This document shows, one piece after another, positions 10,088 to 19,546 of a DNA stretch of 64,000 nucleotides (its first letter is position 1; each line of letters begins with the position of its first letter). The notes under the pieces are model-generated. The model had not been told where the DNA came from, did no database searches, and saw only the letters and a list, made by a program, of their open reading frames with translations. Source of the DNA: Candidatus Latescibacterota bacterium (GTDB lineage Bacteria > Latescibacterota > UBA2968). A program made the position numbers and the translations under genes. The stretch is taken from the NCBI GenBank assembly GCA_965208125.1, contig OZ242320.1, positions 3,936,001-4,000,000 on the forward strand, given 5' to 3'.

Positions 10088-11106
10088 GGGTACAGGACGT
10101 ATTTTAGTCCCTCTTGTCGCTCTGCACCATCAAATGCCTGTTCCCAATTTTCGAGCGGTAGCCTGTGGGATATGTATGCCGAGGGGTCTATTGTTTTGGC
10201 GATGACCATTTCGAGGGCGCGTTGCCAACTGGGCCAGTTCTGGGCAATAGAACTGTTCACGGAGAGCTGTTTGTAGATGATTTTGCCCCAGTTCACTTCA
10301 ACGGGGTGTTCAACCAGAGCCACCTGTGTGAATGTGCCGAGGGGACGTACGGCGTCGAGGCATTGATCGATGGAGGCGGCAGCACCGGCACATTCGATGA
10401 CAATGTCGGCACCGTCACTGGTGATTGAGCGGACAAATTCGGATATATTTTCGCGCGTGATATCTACGGTATGTTCTGCGCTTTTGGCCATAGCGAGGCG
10501 ATGGGTGTCGCGGTCTGTTCCGCAGACAATAACGCGCCCGCCTGCGAGTCTGGCGAGGTCGGCGCACATCAGGCCAATGGGACCGGGACCAGAAATGAGT
10601 ACCAGGTCGCCGGGTACGATTTTTGTGTAAAAAAGGACAGCTTTGATGCAGCAGGCGAGGGGTTCAACAAGCGCGGCGGTGTCATAGGAGACGGATTCGG
10701 GGAGCGGGAAGGCGAGGTTTTGGGGGATGACGCAGTATTCAGCAAATCCGCCGTCGCGCATGCTGCCAACGGACTTGCGCTGGGGGCAAAAGAAAAACTC
10801 GCTTGCCCGACAATAGCGACAGTGCCCACACGCTCCATTTGCCGTAGGAAGGACCGTGACGCGGTCGCCTGTTTTGATGCGGGTGACATTGGCGCCGACT
10901 TTAACGACTTCACCTGAGAGTTCATGGCAAAGCGTGACAGGTGGGCGAGAGCCATAACCGCCGTGGCGGATGTGGAGATCGGTGCCGCAGAGTCCGCCGC
11001 GCTGAACGGCGATTTTAATGTCGTCGGGGTGTTCGATATCCGGTTCTGGTATGTTGCATAAGGCGATGTGTCCGGGACCGGGTTTTAGTTTGCGTACAGC
11101 GCGCAT
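10084..11106 (-). CDS. Zn-dependent (MDR) alcohol/sugar dehydrogenase
   Basis: GLCGTDLH, CHELSG, CGHCRYC-x7-C, GPGPIG. Start placed at MRAVRKLKPG. Confidence 0.88.
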   Translation of the reverse strand: MRAVRKLKPGPGHIALCNIPEPDIEHPDDIKIAVQRGGLCGTDLHIRHGGYGSRPPVTLCHELSGEVVKVGANVTRIKTGDRVTVLPTANGACGHCRYCRASEFFFCPQRKSVGSMRDGGFAEYCVIPQNLAFPLPESVSYDTAALVEPLACCIKAVLFYTKIVPGDLVLISGPGPIGLMCADLARLAGGRVIVCGTDRDTHRLAMAKSAEHTVDITRENISEFVRSITSDGADIVIECAGAAASIDQCLDAVRPLGTFTQVALVEHPVEVNWGKIIYKQLSVNSSIAQNWPSWQRALEMVIAKTIDPSAYISHRLPLENWEQAFDGAERQEGLKYVLYP

Positions 11107-11256
11107 GGTATTTGTGCAGGGCAGAGAATGGTATTTTTTGTTTACTTTGATATTATGCACAATCTTTACATGGTAGGCAATCACTGTTTGTTTTGCCTTA
11201 TAGCTTGTGCAATACGTATCATTTCGATGTGCTGTTTGTCCGCGAGAAGGTGAGCG

Positions 11257-13323
11257 ATGATCCGGAATATTCTGCATATAGCAATGGGTGTGGTCGTGGT
11301 CTTTTTGGGGCTGGTCACCCTGGTGGAGTTACTGGGATATGTGACCTGGTACCTGATGCCCAGAGATGCTGAGTCGATGCAACAGGCGTCCGAGTTTGAG
11401 GCGATTATGGGCAGGCTGGTGCAAAGTCCTGCAGAGGAAGCTATACCGGTTGTGGTTCCAGATCGACATCCGAAGACAGCAAAAGCTGTGCATCGGGTGA
11501 TGGAGTGGCCGAAAAGAAGGGGGCGGCAGTTTCGGGAAGCTCCTATGCTTCAAAAGAGGGTGGCGGCGAGGGATCTACCACAGGTTGGAGAACGGCTGCC
11601 GGAAAATCCATTGATGATCGTGCCGCCCCATCAGAATGGGCCTTATGGAGGTACCTGGACGCGGTTTGCAACGGGGCCGAGAGATATAGGTATTGTGGAG
11701 GCGCGGTTTGCCTATGAGGGATTGGTGAGATGGGATCCGATGGGGCAAAAAATTCTTCCCAATCTGGCAACGCACTGGGAGATAGCCGATGGGGGACGGA
11801 CGTACACGTTCTGGTTGCGAAAGGGGGTGCGCTGGTCAGATGGACATCCCTTTACGGTAGAGGATATTTTCTTCTGGCATGAAAATGTGTTGCGTAACGA
11901 GGAGTTGACACCGGTGGTCGCGCGGGATTTTCAGCGGGGAGGCGAGGTGATGGCGATAGAAAGAGTCGATGCGTACACGGTGCGTTTTCGCTTCAAGCGA
12001 CCCAATGGTCTTTTCCTGAAATTGCTGGCATGGGGACGCGGATACGAAATGTTGCGGTATCCGGCGCATTATATGGCGCAGTTTCATCCGCGGTATGTGC
12101 CGCTGGAGAAATTAGAAGCGATGGCCCGGGAACACGGTTTTGATTTCTGGCACCAGCTTTTTCAAGACAAGCGGGATTGGCGGAATCCGGATATTCCCAG
12201 GCTGTGGCCGTGGGTGGTCGTGGCACCGCCACCGGCTCGTCCTTCTGTGTTTGAGCGCAATCCCTATTATTGGAAGGTGGATCCAGAGGGGAACCAGCTT
12301 CCCTATATTGATCGTATGACTTTTGAGATTTACGACCGCGAGACGATCAATCTCAAAGCGATTAATGGGGAGATTGGGATGCAGGGACGGCACATTCTGA
12401 TCGAAAATTATTCCTTATTTATGGAGAATCAGTCGCGCGGAGGGTACCGGGTGTTGCACTGGATTACCGGAGGAACCGGCGGAGAGAGCGTTGCGCTGAA
12501 TTTGAACCATAAGGATCCCGTGATGCGTGAGATTATATGGGATCGGCGGTTCCGCATCGCGCTGTCACACGCGATTGATCGGGAGGCGATTAACGAGGTC
12601 GGTGGGTTTGGTATCGGTCAGCCGAGGCAACCGGCACCTTTGCAAACGTCGGTGCATTATTCAGAGGCATTTGAAAAAGCATATATCGAATATGAGCCGG
12701 ATAGGGCCAACGCGCTTTTGGACGAGATGGGATTGGTGGAGAAAGATCCGTCCGGCATGCGGCTGCGTCCGGATGGCAAGCCGATCAGAGTGGCAATTGA
12801 GACGATGTCGATCAACAACCGGGTGCTGGAATTGGTGGCGAATTATTGGACAGCGGTTGGGGTAAAGACGGAGATCAAGGAGGAAGCCCGACAGCTTTAT
12901 TACGAGCGGAGAAAGGCGTTGATACACGATGCGGCAACTGCGGGGGGTGAGGTTCAGAACCCGCTTTTGGAGCCGCGCCTGTTTGTCCCCTATAATGTGG
13001 GGTCGAGCCACGCGATTGGGTTCACGCATTGGCTTTTGACCAATGGAAAACGGGGGGAGACGCCCACAGGAGATATGCGGCGCTGTATTGAACTGTTCTG
13101 GCAGATTGAGGAGACGCCGGATGAGGCCGAACAGGTTCGGCTATTTGGAGAGATTATAGAACTGAATCGGAAAAATCTCTGGGTGATTGGAACAATCGGA
13201 AGTATGCCTTCGATTATGCTGGTACACAATACATTTCGGAATGTGCCGGAGGTCGCCATGGCATCGTGGTCAGTCCGTACGCCAGCGAATACGGCGGTTG
13301 AGTGTTATGCGATTGAGCCATAG
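11257..13323 (+). CDS. ABC transporter substrate-binding protein, family 5
   Basis: LPQVGERLPENP, LRKGVRWSDGHPFT, NPYYWKVDPEGNQLPYID; N-terminal TM anchor. Confidence 0.88.
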   Translation: MIRNILHIAMGVVVVFLGLVTLVELLGYVTWYLMPRDAESMQQASEFEAIMGRLVQSPAEEAIPVVVPDRHPKTAKAVHRVMEWPKRRGRQFREAPMLQKRVAARDLPQVGERLPENPLMIVPPHQNGPYGGTWTRFATGPRDIGIVEARFAYEGLVRWDPMGQKILPNLATHWEIADGGRTYTFWLRKGVRWSDGHPFTVEDIFFWHENVLRNEELTPVVARDFQRGGEVMAIERVDAYTVRFRFKRPNGLFLKLLAWGRGYEMLRYPAHYMAQFHPRYVPLEKLEAMAREHGFDFWHQLFQDKRDWRNPDIPRLWPWVVVAPPPARPSVFERNPYYWKVDPEGNQLPYIDRMTFEIYDRETINLKAINGEIGMQGRHILIENYSLFMENQSRGGYRVLHWITGGTGGESVALNLNHKDPVMREIIWDRRFRIALSHAIDREAINEVGGFGIGQPRQPAPLQTSVHYSEAFEKAYIEYEPDRANALLDEMGLVEKDPSGMRLRPDGKPIRVAIETMSINNRVLELVANYWTAVGVKTEIKEEARQLYYERRKALIHDAATAGGEVQNPLLEPRLFVPYNVGSSHAIGFTHWLLTNGKRGETPTGDMRRCIELFWQIEETPDEAEQVRLFGEIIELNRKNLWVIGTIGSMPSIMLVHNTFRNVPEVAMASWSVRTPANTAVECYAIEP

Positions 13324-13339
13324 CCCGTATAGGTGGCGA

Positions 13340-15112
13340 TTACTCGTTCAGTGCCGAAAGTTGGGCGATTTGTTCAATCTTGCCATCGACAATGCCCATG
13401 TATCCAATTAGCATTTCGTCAAAACTTTGCTCCCCCCAGCGAACAGTTGCGGATGGATCGGGATTGAGTTTGTTTTTTGCCGAGTTGTCAAAGACAGCAT
13501 GGCTGACTATGCGCGTCCCCGCAGGCAGGTGTTTAGGGGTTGAGAGGGCGTAGAACCGCTGCCAGTTGAACGTGTAATTTGGCACAGAGAGCAGGGTTTC
13601 GCGGGTTCCATCGGGATAATGTGCAACATAGCGGAAGCCCGCGCCCCGGAAGTGCATGTGGGGGAAGAGGGTGTAGAGGGTGGCATCCTGTTCAAAGATT
13701 TTTACGGATGAATCGCGATGGGCACTCGCATGCGGTGGGATTTTAATTTTTGGATTGGCGGGACCGACCACGCGATGTTCGCGCAGGTTTTGTGCGTCGG
13801 TGAAATACAACCCCAGTTTGCTTTCATCCACTTCGGGACGTCCAGTGGTCGTGTAGTGGATTTGAAATTGGATTCTGCTCCCTTTGGGGAGTAGTTGCGC
13901 CGTGCCCTTGGGCAGCATGACACCGTCCATGCCCGGTACATAAGAGGCAAAGATGCCGTCTAACCACCGGTTCTTTTTAACGGTTTTCATTTTGTGCCCT
14001 TTGGGATAGATCACGCGCGCCAGTGCATGGTGCATGGCGGCGCGATTTCCCGGCAGAAATTCGGTGCCTCGCACTCGCACATCGCGGTCTATGGGCACTG
14101 TAATTTTGAGATAGCGATAGTCAACAATACCTGTTGCGGGGATTTCTTGCCGTTCCAATACGATGACCAGGTCGGGTTCTCCATAAGCCCAGGTTGTGGC
14201 GTGTGTCGGGTTTTCGGATAGGGGGTCTGGGCCATCGCCGCGGGGAGATCCAGCTTCGATCCAGTGAACGAGGGTTTGTTCTTCTTGTTGTGTGAGAGAC
14301 AGGTCGTTGCTGAATGTGCCTATGTGGGGGTCTGCATGCCAGGGAGGCATGCGGCGTGTGCGCACGACTTCGCGCATCATTGGAGACCAGCCTGCGACTT
14401 CTTTGTAATCGGTCATGTCAAAGGGTGCTATGCCGCCGGGTTGGTGACAAGTGACGCATTTGTTTCGCAGAATGGGCGCGATCTCTCTGGCATAAGAGAT
14501 CTGTTTGTGTTGTGCGCGGTCTTTGCCCGGCAAGGCAATCAGGCAGCCGGGTGATGCGACGGCTTTGACGGCGATTTCTTCACCTTTGAGATGGGCGAGG
14601 AGTGCATCGGCGAGATAATGGTTGGATGCACTGGGTTTTTGCGCTTCGTAATTCAGGCGATCGTCGATGGGACCCCGATAGAGAATGTGCCAGGTTTTGG
14701 AATCGATGACAAGTGCCTCAGCCGTGCGGTGCAGGTCGAGCGATTCGGCGATGAGTTGTGTTTTGTCAATGAGGATGGGATAGTCGATGGAGAAGGCGAC
14801 GGCTTCTTCGCGTACGCTTTCGCGGTCGTCTTGCAAGTTGGCATTGAGCATTAAAAATTGTACGCCTTTGGGCGCGTATTCATTGCGTATTGCGTTGAGG
14901 CTATGTACTGCATTGCGCACAATCGGACAACCATTGCCCTGGATGAATAAGACGATGGCAGATGCGTCTGAGTGTTCGTGGAGTGTGTGAAATTCGCCGT
15001 TCTGGTCATAAAGGCCAAAATCGTCAACGACAATATCCACGGATTGTGGGGTTTCGGGAATGGCAGAACAGCCGATGAAGAGACAGGAGAGGATGTACAA
15101 TAGGTGTTTCAT
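13340..15112 (-). CDS. Lipoprotein: redoxin + CxxCH + Cu type II monooxygenase-like domains
   Basis: Lipobox-like FIGC, GCPIVR redoxin, CVTCH, RRMPPWHAD, AMHHA, PHMHFRG, WGEQSFDEM. Confidence 0.75.
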   Translation of the reverse strand: MKHLLYILSCLFIGCSAIPETPQSVDIVVDDFGLYDQNGEFHTLHEHSDASAIVLFIQGNGCPIVRNAVHSLNAIRNEYAPKGVQFLMLNANLQDDRESVREEAVAFSIDYPILIDKTQLIAESLDLHRTAEALVIDSKTWHILYRGPIDDRLNYEAQKPSASNHYLADALLAHLKGEEIAVKAVASPGCLIALPGKDRAQHKQISYAREIAPILRNKCVTCHQPGGIAPFDMTDYKEVAGWSPMMREVVRTRRMPPWHADPHIGTFSNDLSLTQQEEQTLVHWIEAGSPRGDGPDPLSENPTHATTWAYGEPDLVIVLERQEIPATGIVDYRYLKITVPIDRDVRVRGTEFLPGNRAAMHHALARVIYPKGHKMKTVKKNRWLDGIFASYVPGMDGVMLPKGTAQLLPKGSRIQFQIHYTTTGRPEVDESKLGLYFTDAQNLREHRVVGPANPKIKIPPHASAHRDSSVKIFEQDATLYTLFPHMHFRGAGFRYVAHYPDGTRETLLSVPNYTFNWQRFYALSTPKHLPAGTRIVSHAVFDNSAKNKLNPDPSATVRWGEQSFDEMLIGYMGIVDGKIEQIAQLSALNE

Positions 15113-15133
15113 TAGGGGATATCCTTACAAGAG

Positions 15134-16036
15134 TTAAAATTCTCTGCTTCGCAACAATTCCAGTACGCGTTCGAGGTCGTCATTGCTGTAAAATTCGATT
15201 TCGATTTTGCCTTTGGAGCCTTTGCGACTGATGTTGACCGCTGTGCCAAAATAACGCTGGAGATCTTCTTCGAGAAATAGCAGGTTGGGGTCTTTGGGCG
15301 GTGTGGATTTTTTGGGCGCGGTGTCTTCTTTGAGTGCTTTGACAAGGGCTTCTGTGCGACGAACCGATAATTCCTGTGCAATAATCCGCTGGCATAAAGC
15401 AATTTGTTGATCCGCGTTGTCAAGACTAAGCAGCGCGCGGGCGTGACCGGCAGATATCTGCCCGGCTTGCAGTACGTCGAGTACTTCGGGTGGCAATGTG
15501 AGGAGGCGCAAGGTGTTGGCAATGGTCGAGCGGTCTTTGCCCACATGCTCGGCAACTTCTTCCTGTGTGAGAAAACACTCTTCTATGAGCATGCGATAGG
15601 CTTTGGCTTCTTCAATGGGGTTGAGATTTTCCCGCTGGATGTTTTCAATCAGCGAGAGTTCCATCATTTCCTGGTCTGTTCCCACATCCATAACAATCGC
15701 AGGTACGACTGTGAGTTCGGCCTGACGCGCAGCGCGAAAACGACGTTCGCCTGCGATCAGTTGATAGCCCGATCCAAAGCTGCGCACGGAAATGGGCTGA
15801 ATAATGCCTTTTTCACGGATTGATTGCGCCAATTCGCCCACGGCTTTGGGATCAAATTCCGTGCGTGGCTGGTGGGGATTGGGTTCAATATCATCAATGG
15901 GTATTTCGATGATTTGCCGATGGCTCTGTCCAGTAGGCGAAGGCGTAATTTCCGATGTGATTTTGTCGGCAGGGGTTGCATCGGCACCGGGAATCAGAGC
16001 ACTCAATCCCTTGCCGAGGGCATTGCGTTTAGCCAT
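15134..16036 (-). CDS. parB: Chromosome partitioning protein ParB/Spo0J
   Basis: [39 protein letters not shown]. Confidence 0.95.
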   Translation of the reverse strand: MAKRNALGKGLSALIPGADATPADKITSEITPSPTGQSHRQIIEIPIDDIEPNPHQPRTEFDPKAVGELAQSIREKGIIQPISVRSFGSGYQLIAGERRFRAARQAELTVVPAIVMDVGTDQEMMELSLIENIQRENLNPIEEAKAYRMLIEECFLTQEEVAEHVGKDRSTIANTLRLLTLPPEVLDVLQAGQISAGHARALLSLDNADQQIALCQRIIAQELSVRRTEALVKALKEDTAPKKSTPPKDPNLLFLEEDLQRYFGTAVNISRKGSKGKIEIEFYSNDDLERVLELLRSREF

Positions 16037-16790
16037 TGATGACCTCCCCGGCTAAATTCATGTAATTTTGCGCGCCGGTAGATATAATATCGTAGAGGAT
16101 GATGGGTTTGCCAAAACTGGGTGCTTCGCCGAGTTTGACGTTGCGAGTGATAATTGTATTATAGACGCGGTCGCCAAAATGCGATTTGGTTTCTTCGGCA
16201 ACCTGGCGCGCTAAATTGAGACGTCCGTCGTACATTGTGAGCAGTACGCCTTCAATAGTGAGGTTCGGATTGAGGTGTTGCTGCACGAGGCGCAGGGTGT
16301 TGAGCAATTTGCTCAGGCCCTCGAGTGCGTAATATTCGCATTGTATGGGAATGAGCACAGAGTTGGCTGCCGTCAGCGCATTGAGCGTGAGTAATCCCAG
16401 TGAGGGAGGGCAGTCGATGATGATGAAGTCGTAGGTTTCACGCGCTTGTGAGAGGGCATTTTTGAGGCGTTGTTCGCGCGAAATTATGGAAACCATTTCA
16501 ACTTCGGCACCGGTGAGGCGAATGTGAGAGGGCGCAATGCTGAGAAAGGGCAGATCGCTCTGGTAGATGACTTCCATTAAGGGCACGTCTTCGAGGAGTA
16601 CTTCGTACACACAGGGCGTTTGTTCATCTACCTCAATGCCACATCCGCTGGATGCATTGGCCTGTGGGTCTATATCGAATAGCAGGGTTTTCTTTTCTGC
16701 AGTAGCCAGACACGCAGATAGGTTGACGGCTGTGGTGGTTTTGCCCACGCCGCCTTTTTGATTGGCTATGGCAATGACCCGTGCAGACAT
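16029..16790 (-). CDS. parA: Chromosome partitioning ATPase ParA/Soj
   Basis: [40 protein letters not shown]. Start placed at MSARVIA. Confidence 0.95.
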   Translation of the reverse strand: MSARVIAIANQKGGVGKTTTAVNLSACLATAEKKTLLFDIDPQANASSGCGIEVDEQTPCVYEVLLEDVPLMEVIYQSDLPFLSIAPSHIRLTGAEVEMVSIISREQRLKNALSQARETYDFIIIDCPPSLGLLTLNALTAANSVLIPIQCEYYALEGLSKLLNTLRLVQQHLNPNLTIEGVLLTMYDGRLNLARQVAEETKSHFGDRVYNTIITRNVKLGEAPSFGKPIILYDIISTGAQNYMNLAGEVING

Positions 16791-17064
16791 CCGAAACCCC
16801 GTAAATTTGCTTAATAATATAGAGATATTCAAGTCCGTAGAATATAGTGTATGCACAGGGGAAAATCAAGCGCGGGCGTTTGTTTTGCCTTGACATAGGT
16901 TGGGAAGTCGCAAATATTTATTTTTTCCCATGGGCTACGTGGATCGCCGCGAAGAGAGGCGTTGGGAAAACAATGTGTTCTGCCGTTAGTCTGGACACTT
17001 TGTTTTAGCCATAGAAGGCAGAAAATGAAAGTATTGCGTTCATACTCGAAAGAAAAAGTGGTTC

Positions 17065-19440
17065 ATGCGTAATATCGTCTATATATCAATTCTAACCGCT
17101 TTGTTACTCGTCTGCCCACTAACGGCCCAGGCAGAGACCAGCTTGAGCGGTACGGTAACTGATGCGGACACTGGCGAGCCGTTGGCTGGGGCCGCTATTC
17201 GCCTCGTGGGCACCTTGCAGTGGAGATCCACGGACATGAAAGGTCAGTTCGTATTTTCAGTTGTGCCTCCGGGCACTTACAAGGTGGAAATCAGCCTGAT
17301 CGGTTATGTACCCCTCACCGAAACCGTGCAGGTGGTCTCTGGCGAGCAAGCTCGCTTGACCGTTGCCCTGACCCTCAACCCCGTGTATATGGACGAAGTG
17401 CTAGTCGTGGGCGATCGGCCCTTTTCGGCGGTCTCCTCGCGGGCGGTGCGGCAATTCGATCTGCGCATCCGGCCCAACCGCACGGCCCATCAGATGCTGC
17501 AACTGGCACCTGGCCTTGTCATCGCCCAACACGGCGGCGGCGGAAAAGCCGAACAGATCTTTTTGCGCGGCTTTGACGCGGATCACGGCACCGATGTGGC
17601 GATCTCGGTAGATGGGGTCCCCGTGAATATGGTCTCCCACGGACATGGACAAGGCTATGCCGACATGCATTTCCTCATTCCCGAAGTCGTCGAGGGGCTG
17701 GACGTCAGAAAAGGGCCGTACTTCGCCGAATTTGGCAATTTGGCTACCGCCGGAGCCATCGCCTACCACACCCGCAATTATCTCGATGACAATGCCATTC
17801 ATCTCGAAATCGGCGGATTCAATACGATCCAATACACCATGCTCTACCAGGTTCCGCTGGCCGATATCGATCAAAGCATCTATTTCGCTGGTAAGTACTA
17901 TCGCACCGATGGCCCGGTTGACCAGCCACAGGGTTTGCAGCGACTCAATATTTTCGGCAAGTACCACAACCAAATCTCTGACCGCTCTACCCTCACTGTG
18001 ACCAGCAGCGGGTTCAGCTCGGCCTGGGACGCCTCTGGACAGATTCCCCAGCGAGCCGTAGCGCAGGGCCTCATTGACCGCTGGGGTGCGGTTGATGATA
18101 TGGAGGGCGGCACCACCGGGCGCCAGGATTTCCATATCAATTTCCACGCCGAGGGACCGGGCATCAGTTCCTTTGATCTACTGGCGTATTTGGTCAATTA
18201 CCAGTTCAAACTGTTTTCCAATTTTACGTTCTTTCTCGACGATCTCGAGCACGGCGACGGCATCGAACAAACCGATAACCGCCAAGTCGCCGGCATCAAC
18301 AGCCGCTATACTTTCTATCACAACTTGGGGCCGTACTCGATCCATACGACGCTGGGAGGCGGCCTGCGTGCCGATAATGCGGCCGTGGCGTTGTGGAAAA
18401 GCCCCGACCGCCAACGCCTAAAACCTCTGGTTGAGGCCGATGTGATAGAGCGCAACCTGTTCCTGTGGGGCCAACAGGAGATTGTCCTCACGCCGCGCCT
18501 GCAATTGGTGCTGGGACTGCGCGGCGATTATTTCACTTTCAATGTTGAAGACCACCTCGAAGGACATCCCGCCGATCTGCCCCATGCCTCGGGCTTTGCC
18601 CACGCCGCCATTCTCAGTCCGAAAGCGGCCCTGGTGTATAGCCCCAGTCGCAACTTAGACCTTTTTGCCAATTTCGGCACCGGGTTTCACTCTAACGATG
18701 CCCGCAACAACGTTATCGATGCCCGGGCCTCACAGATTCTGCGGACCATGCGGCGCAATGGACAAAGCGAGGCCGACATTGCCGCGGAGTTGGCAGGGCG
18801 ACACATTGATCCGGGACATCTCGAAGAAGGCACGCTACCCCGGGCTGTGGGGGCCGAAACAGGTCTTCAGGCCCAGTTGTTCAACCGGTTGAATTTGGGG
18901 GTGGCTCTGTGGTGGATGGACCTGGAAAGTGAATTTGTCTTTGTCGGAGATGCCGGTACCACGGAAGCCAGTGGTGAAACCCGGCGGGCGGGACTGGATA
19001 TGGAAGCCCGTTTCCAAATACATTCTTCGCTGTGGGCGGATATCGATCTCAATCTCGCCCGAGGCGAGGCTGTAAATGAACCAGAAGGAGCCAACGAGAT
19101 TCCGCTGGCTCCCCACCTGACCTCTACTGGCGGCTTGACCTGGCGTCATCCCACGGGCCTGGAAGGCAGCTTGCGCTACCGCCATATCGGCAACCGGCCC
19201 GCCAACGAGGACGGCAGCATCACGGCCACTGGATATACCGTGGTTGATTTCAACGGCGTCTATCGCCGAGGGGCCTGGAGGCTCAATTTGGGCGTCGAGA
19301 ACGTGTTGAATACGACTTGGAGCGAAGCGCAATTCGACACGGAATCGCGCCTACAGGACGAAGTAGAACCTGTCTCGGAGATCCACTTCACCCCGGGAAA
19401 TCCCATCAATTTGCGGCTGGGAGTGAGTTTTATGTTTTAG
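17065..19440 (+). CDS. TonB-dependent receptor with N-terminal carboxypeptidase-regulatory-like domain
   Basis: Signal peptide, plug GKAEQIFLRGFDADHGTD...SHGHGQGYAD, C-terminal Phe. Confidence 0.9.
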   Translation: MRNIVYISILTALLLVCPLTAQAETSLSGTVTDADTGEPLAGAAIRLVGTLQWRSTDMKGQFVFSVVPPGTYKVEISLIGYVPLTETVQVVSGEQARLTVALTLNPVYMDEVLVVGDRPFSAVSSRAVRQFDLRIRPNRTAHQMLQLAPGLVIAQHGGGGKAEQIFLRGFDADHGTDVAISVDGVPVNMVSHGHGQGYADMHFLIPEVVEGLDVRKGPYFAEFGNLATAGAIAYHTRNYLDDNAIHLEIGGFNTIQYTMLYQVPLADIDQSIYFAGKYYRTDGPVDQPQGLQRLNIFGKYHNQISDRSTLTVTSSGFSSAWDASGQIPQRAVAQGLIDRWGAVDDMEGGTTGRQDFHINFHAEGPGISSFDLLAYLVNYQFKLFSNFTFFLDDLEHGDGIEQTDNRQVAGINSRYTFYHNLGPYSIHTTLGGGLRADNAAVALWKSPDRQRLKPLVEADVIERNLFLWGQQEIVLTPRLQLVLGLRGDYFTFNVEDHLEGHPADLPHASGFAHAAILSPKAALVYSPSRNLDLFANFGTGFHSNDARNNVIDARASQILRTMRRNGQSEADIAAELAGRHIDPGHLEEGTLPRAVGAETGLQAQLFNRLNLGVALWWMDLESEFVFVGDAGTTEASGETRRAGLDMEARFQIHSSLWADIDLNLARGEAVNEPEGANEIPLAPHLTSTGGLTWRHPTGLEGSLRYRHIGNRPANEDGSITATGYTVVDFNGVYRRGAWRLNLGVENVLNTTWSEAQFDTESRLQDEVEPVSEIHFTPGNPINLRLGVSFMF

Positions 19441-19488
19441 CAATATCTTTGAAAACTGCAGCGTCGTTTGACGACATACATACACGAG

Positions 19489-19520
19489 TGCCCGCCTCCT
19501 CAATAGAAGCGGGCATTTTT
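19489..19520 (+). terminator. Intrinsic terminator
   Basis: TGCCCGC...GCGGGCA followed by TTTTT, between convergent genes. Confidence 0.7.
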
Positions 19521-19546
19521 GTGTTTATCTCTATCTGAATAGGAGA

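Noticed and set aside
15134-17064. oriC or parS near parAB
   Set aside because: No DnaA-box cluster or full TGTTTCACGTGAAACA palindrome was recognised.
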